Assembly: GCA_965248355.1 (NCBI GenBank)
Contig: OZ252098.1
Coordinates: 3,392,001-3,456,000, forward strand
Direction of reading: 5' to 3'
DNA length: 64,000 nt
Origin: Candidatus Latescibacterota bacterium
Lineage (GTDB): Bacteria; Latescibacterota; UBA2968; UBA8231
The notes below the pieces were generated by a model that worked only from the letters and a program-made list of their open reading frames with translations, had not been told where the DNA came from and did not search any database. This document shows positions 62,621-64,000 of the stretch, in pieces. A program made the translations under genes and the position numbers. How positions within the stretch are numbered: the first letter of the stretch is position 1; every line of letters starts with the position of its first letter.

Positions 62621-63469
62621 CTACGTATACCCCCCCACCCCCAGCAGCATCCGCGCCTCGAAGTCCGCATCCTCAAGAAAGCGCCGGGTCAGCCCGTCCT
62701 GCGGCTGTGGCCCGCTGTGGGGCGAGGCGCGCATCCACGAGGGGGTGTAGCTCAGGATCAGCATCCGGCGCTTGGCCTTCAGCGTCGGCAGGGCCCGGTG
62801 CCAGAGGTTGCCGTGGATGAGCACGGCTCCGCCCGCCCTGACGCGCAACTCCACCTCGCCGGGCGCCGGCTCATAGCTGCGGGGCGAGGCGCGGTCCAGC
62901 CAGGCGTGCGACTCCGGCACCACGGCGACGGCCCCCGTGTCGTCGTTCAGGTCGTCGAGGTAGATCAGGCAGTCGATGCAGTGGGGCTGCGAGAACCAGG
63001 GCGGCCGCGGGTTGGAGATCACCCGCAGGTGCTGGTGCCACGGCGTCTGGTGCGGGTCCTCGCGGCCGGGGTAGCTGATGCGGGCGCTCAGCCCCCGCAG
63101 GCGCACCAGCGGTCCCATCATGGCCTGGGCGATCGACAGCAGGGGCCGGAACTTCAGCAGCTCCAGGAAGACCTCGTCCTTGTCCATCAGGTGCCGCGGG
63201 ATGAACCCCCAGCTCCGCTTCCCGGCGGCGGCGCGGTCGCGCCTCTCCCCCTCGCGCTCCTCCAGGCTGTCGAGGGCGTCCCGAAGCCGCTGCAGGGCTT
63301 CGCCTGCGAAGAGCCCTTCCCGCACCAGGTAGCCGGACCGCGCGAAGACCCGCAGCTCCTCCGGGCCGGCGTGCACCTCCACTTCCCAGCGCTCGCCGGT
63401 CTCCGTGTCGGGGTTGTGGTTGTTCATCACCTCGTAGTGGATCGTGTGGGGTTGCATCTGCGGGCTCAT
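62621..63469 (-). CDS. Phytanoyl-CoA dioxygenase (PhyH) family protein
   Basis: WHQH, YLDDL, VVPESH, LWHRA. Confidence 0.85.
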   Translation of the reverse strand: MSPQMQPHTIHYEVMNNHNPDTETGERWEVEVHAGPEELRVFARSGYLVREGLFAGEALQRLRDALDSLEEREGERRDRAAAGKRSWGFIPRHLMDKDEVFLELLKFRPLLSIAQAMMGPLVRLRGLSARISYPGREDPHQTPWHQHLRVISNPRPPWFSQPHCIDCLIYLDDLNDDTGAVAVVPESHAWLDRASPRSYEPAPGEVELRVRAGGAVLIHGNLWHRALPTLKAKRRMLILSYTPSWMRASPHSGPQPQDGLTRRFLEDADFEARMLLGVGGYT

Positions 63470-63546
63470 CTCTCTCCAGTTCGGTTCAGCGTGGCAGGAG
63501 CCCGGACCGCACGGGGGTGCAGCCGGGGGGGAGCCGCGGGGGCCGG

Positions 63547-64000
63547 TCAGCTTTCCTCGACGACGGCGGCCTCGATGCCGCGGTGGCCGTCGGCGTAGTG
63601 GTGCCAGTAGACGACGAGGACGGAGCCGTCCTCGCGCTCGACGGCCCAGGGATAGCCGCAGTCCTGGCTGAGCCCGCCCGCCTCGATGACGAACTCCGGC
63701 GCCGTCTCCAGGTCGGTGGCCTCGGGGTCGAGGACCCGGCCGGCGCAGCCCCGCTGGCCCTCCCACCGCGTGCCGGCGGTCAGGAAGATGCGGCCGTCCC
63801 GCAGGCCGAGCAGGTGGGCGGGGCTGCCGTGGATGCGGGTCGGGCGCCAGGGTGTCCAGGTGGCGCCGTCGTCGTCGGACTCGACGAGGGCGAGGAGGCG
63901 GTTGGCGAACTGGGGGTCCCGCGCCGTGGGTCCGTCGAAGCCCTGGTCGCGCAGGATGCCGGGGCCCAGGGCCCCCGGGTGGCAGCGGAAGAGGACGAGG
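63547..64000 (-). CDS. Sialidase/BNR (Asp-box) family protein, 5' end outside window
   Basis: Manual translation: VESDDDGATW..., HLLGLRDGRI, DCGYPWAV...VVYW. Confidence 0.8.
   Translation of the reverse strand, partial: LVLFRCHPGALGPGILRDQGFDGPTARDPQFANRLLALVESDDDGATWTPWRPTRIHGSPAHLLGLRDGRIFLTAGTRWEGQRGCAGRVLDPEATDLETAPEFVIEAGGLSQDCGYPWAVEREDGSVLVVYWHHYADGHRGIEAAVVEES

Overview
High-GC bacterial DNA (GC estimated by eye) with no rRNA, tRNA or CRISPR array. A C-terminal 'SAVEPSSWARIK' motif, a sup-like PKS fragment and multiple PhyH, TPR and MacB-type genes suggest a Latescibacterota/Gemmatimonadota/Poribacteria-like, possibly sponge-associated, organism; this is inference. The left third (~5-23 kb) is a decaying signalling and uptake island. 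It encodes a partner-switching cascade: TorS-like histidine kinase, REC-PP2C phosphatase, STAS protein and RsbW kinase, with no sigma factor in the window. These genes are interleaved with amtB (no glnK), two periplasmic binding proteins and an NCS2 nucleobase permease fused to a degenerate RsbW-like domain. Deletion-collapsed remnants of a second such fusion and of a Tsx-like channel are also present, and two TonB-dependent receptors are divergently oriented. An IS66 with an 8-bp target duplication splits an MpaB/DUF2236 oxygenase, and an IS5 sits in the divergent promoter region. The rest is metabolic and housekeeping genes, a PHP-UvrD fusion, four MacB/FtsX-type permeases with one ATPase, an AbiE type IV TA pair, tandem TMTC-like TPR membrane proteins and a partial sialidase-like gene. 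Several single-base frameshifts may be assembly errors.
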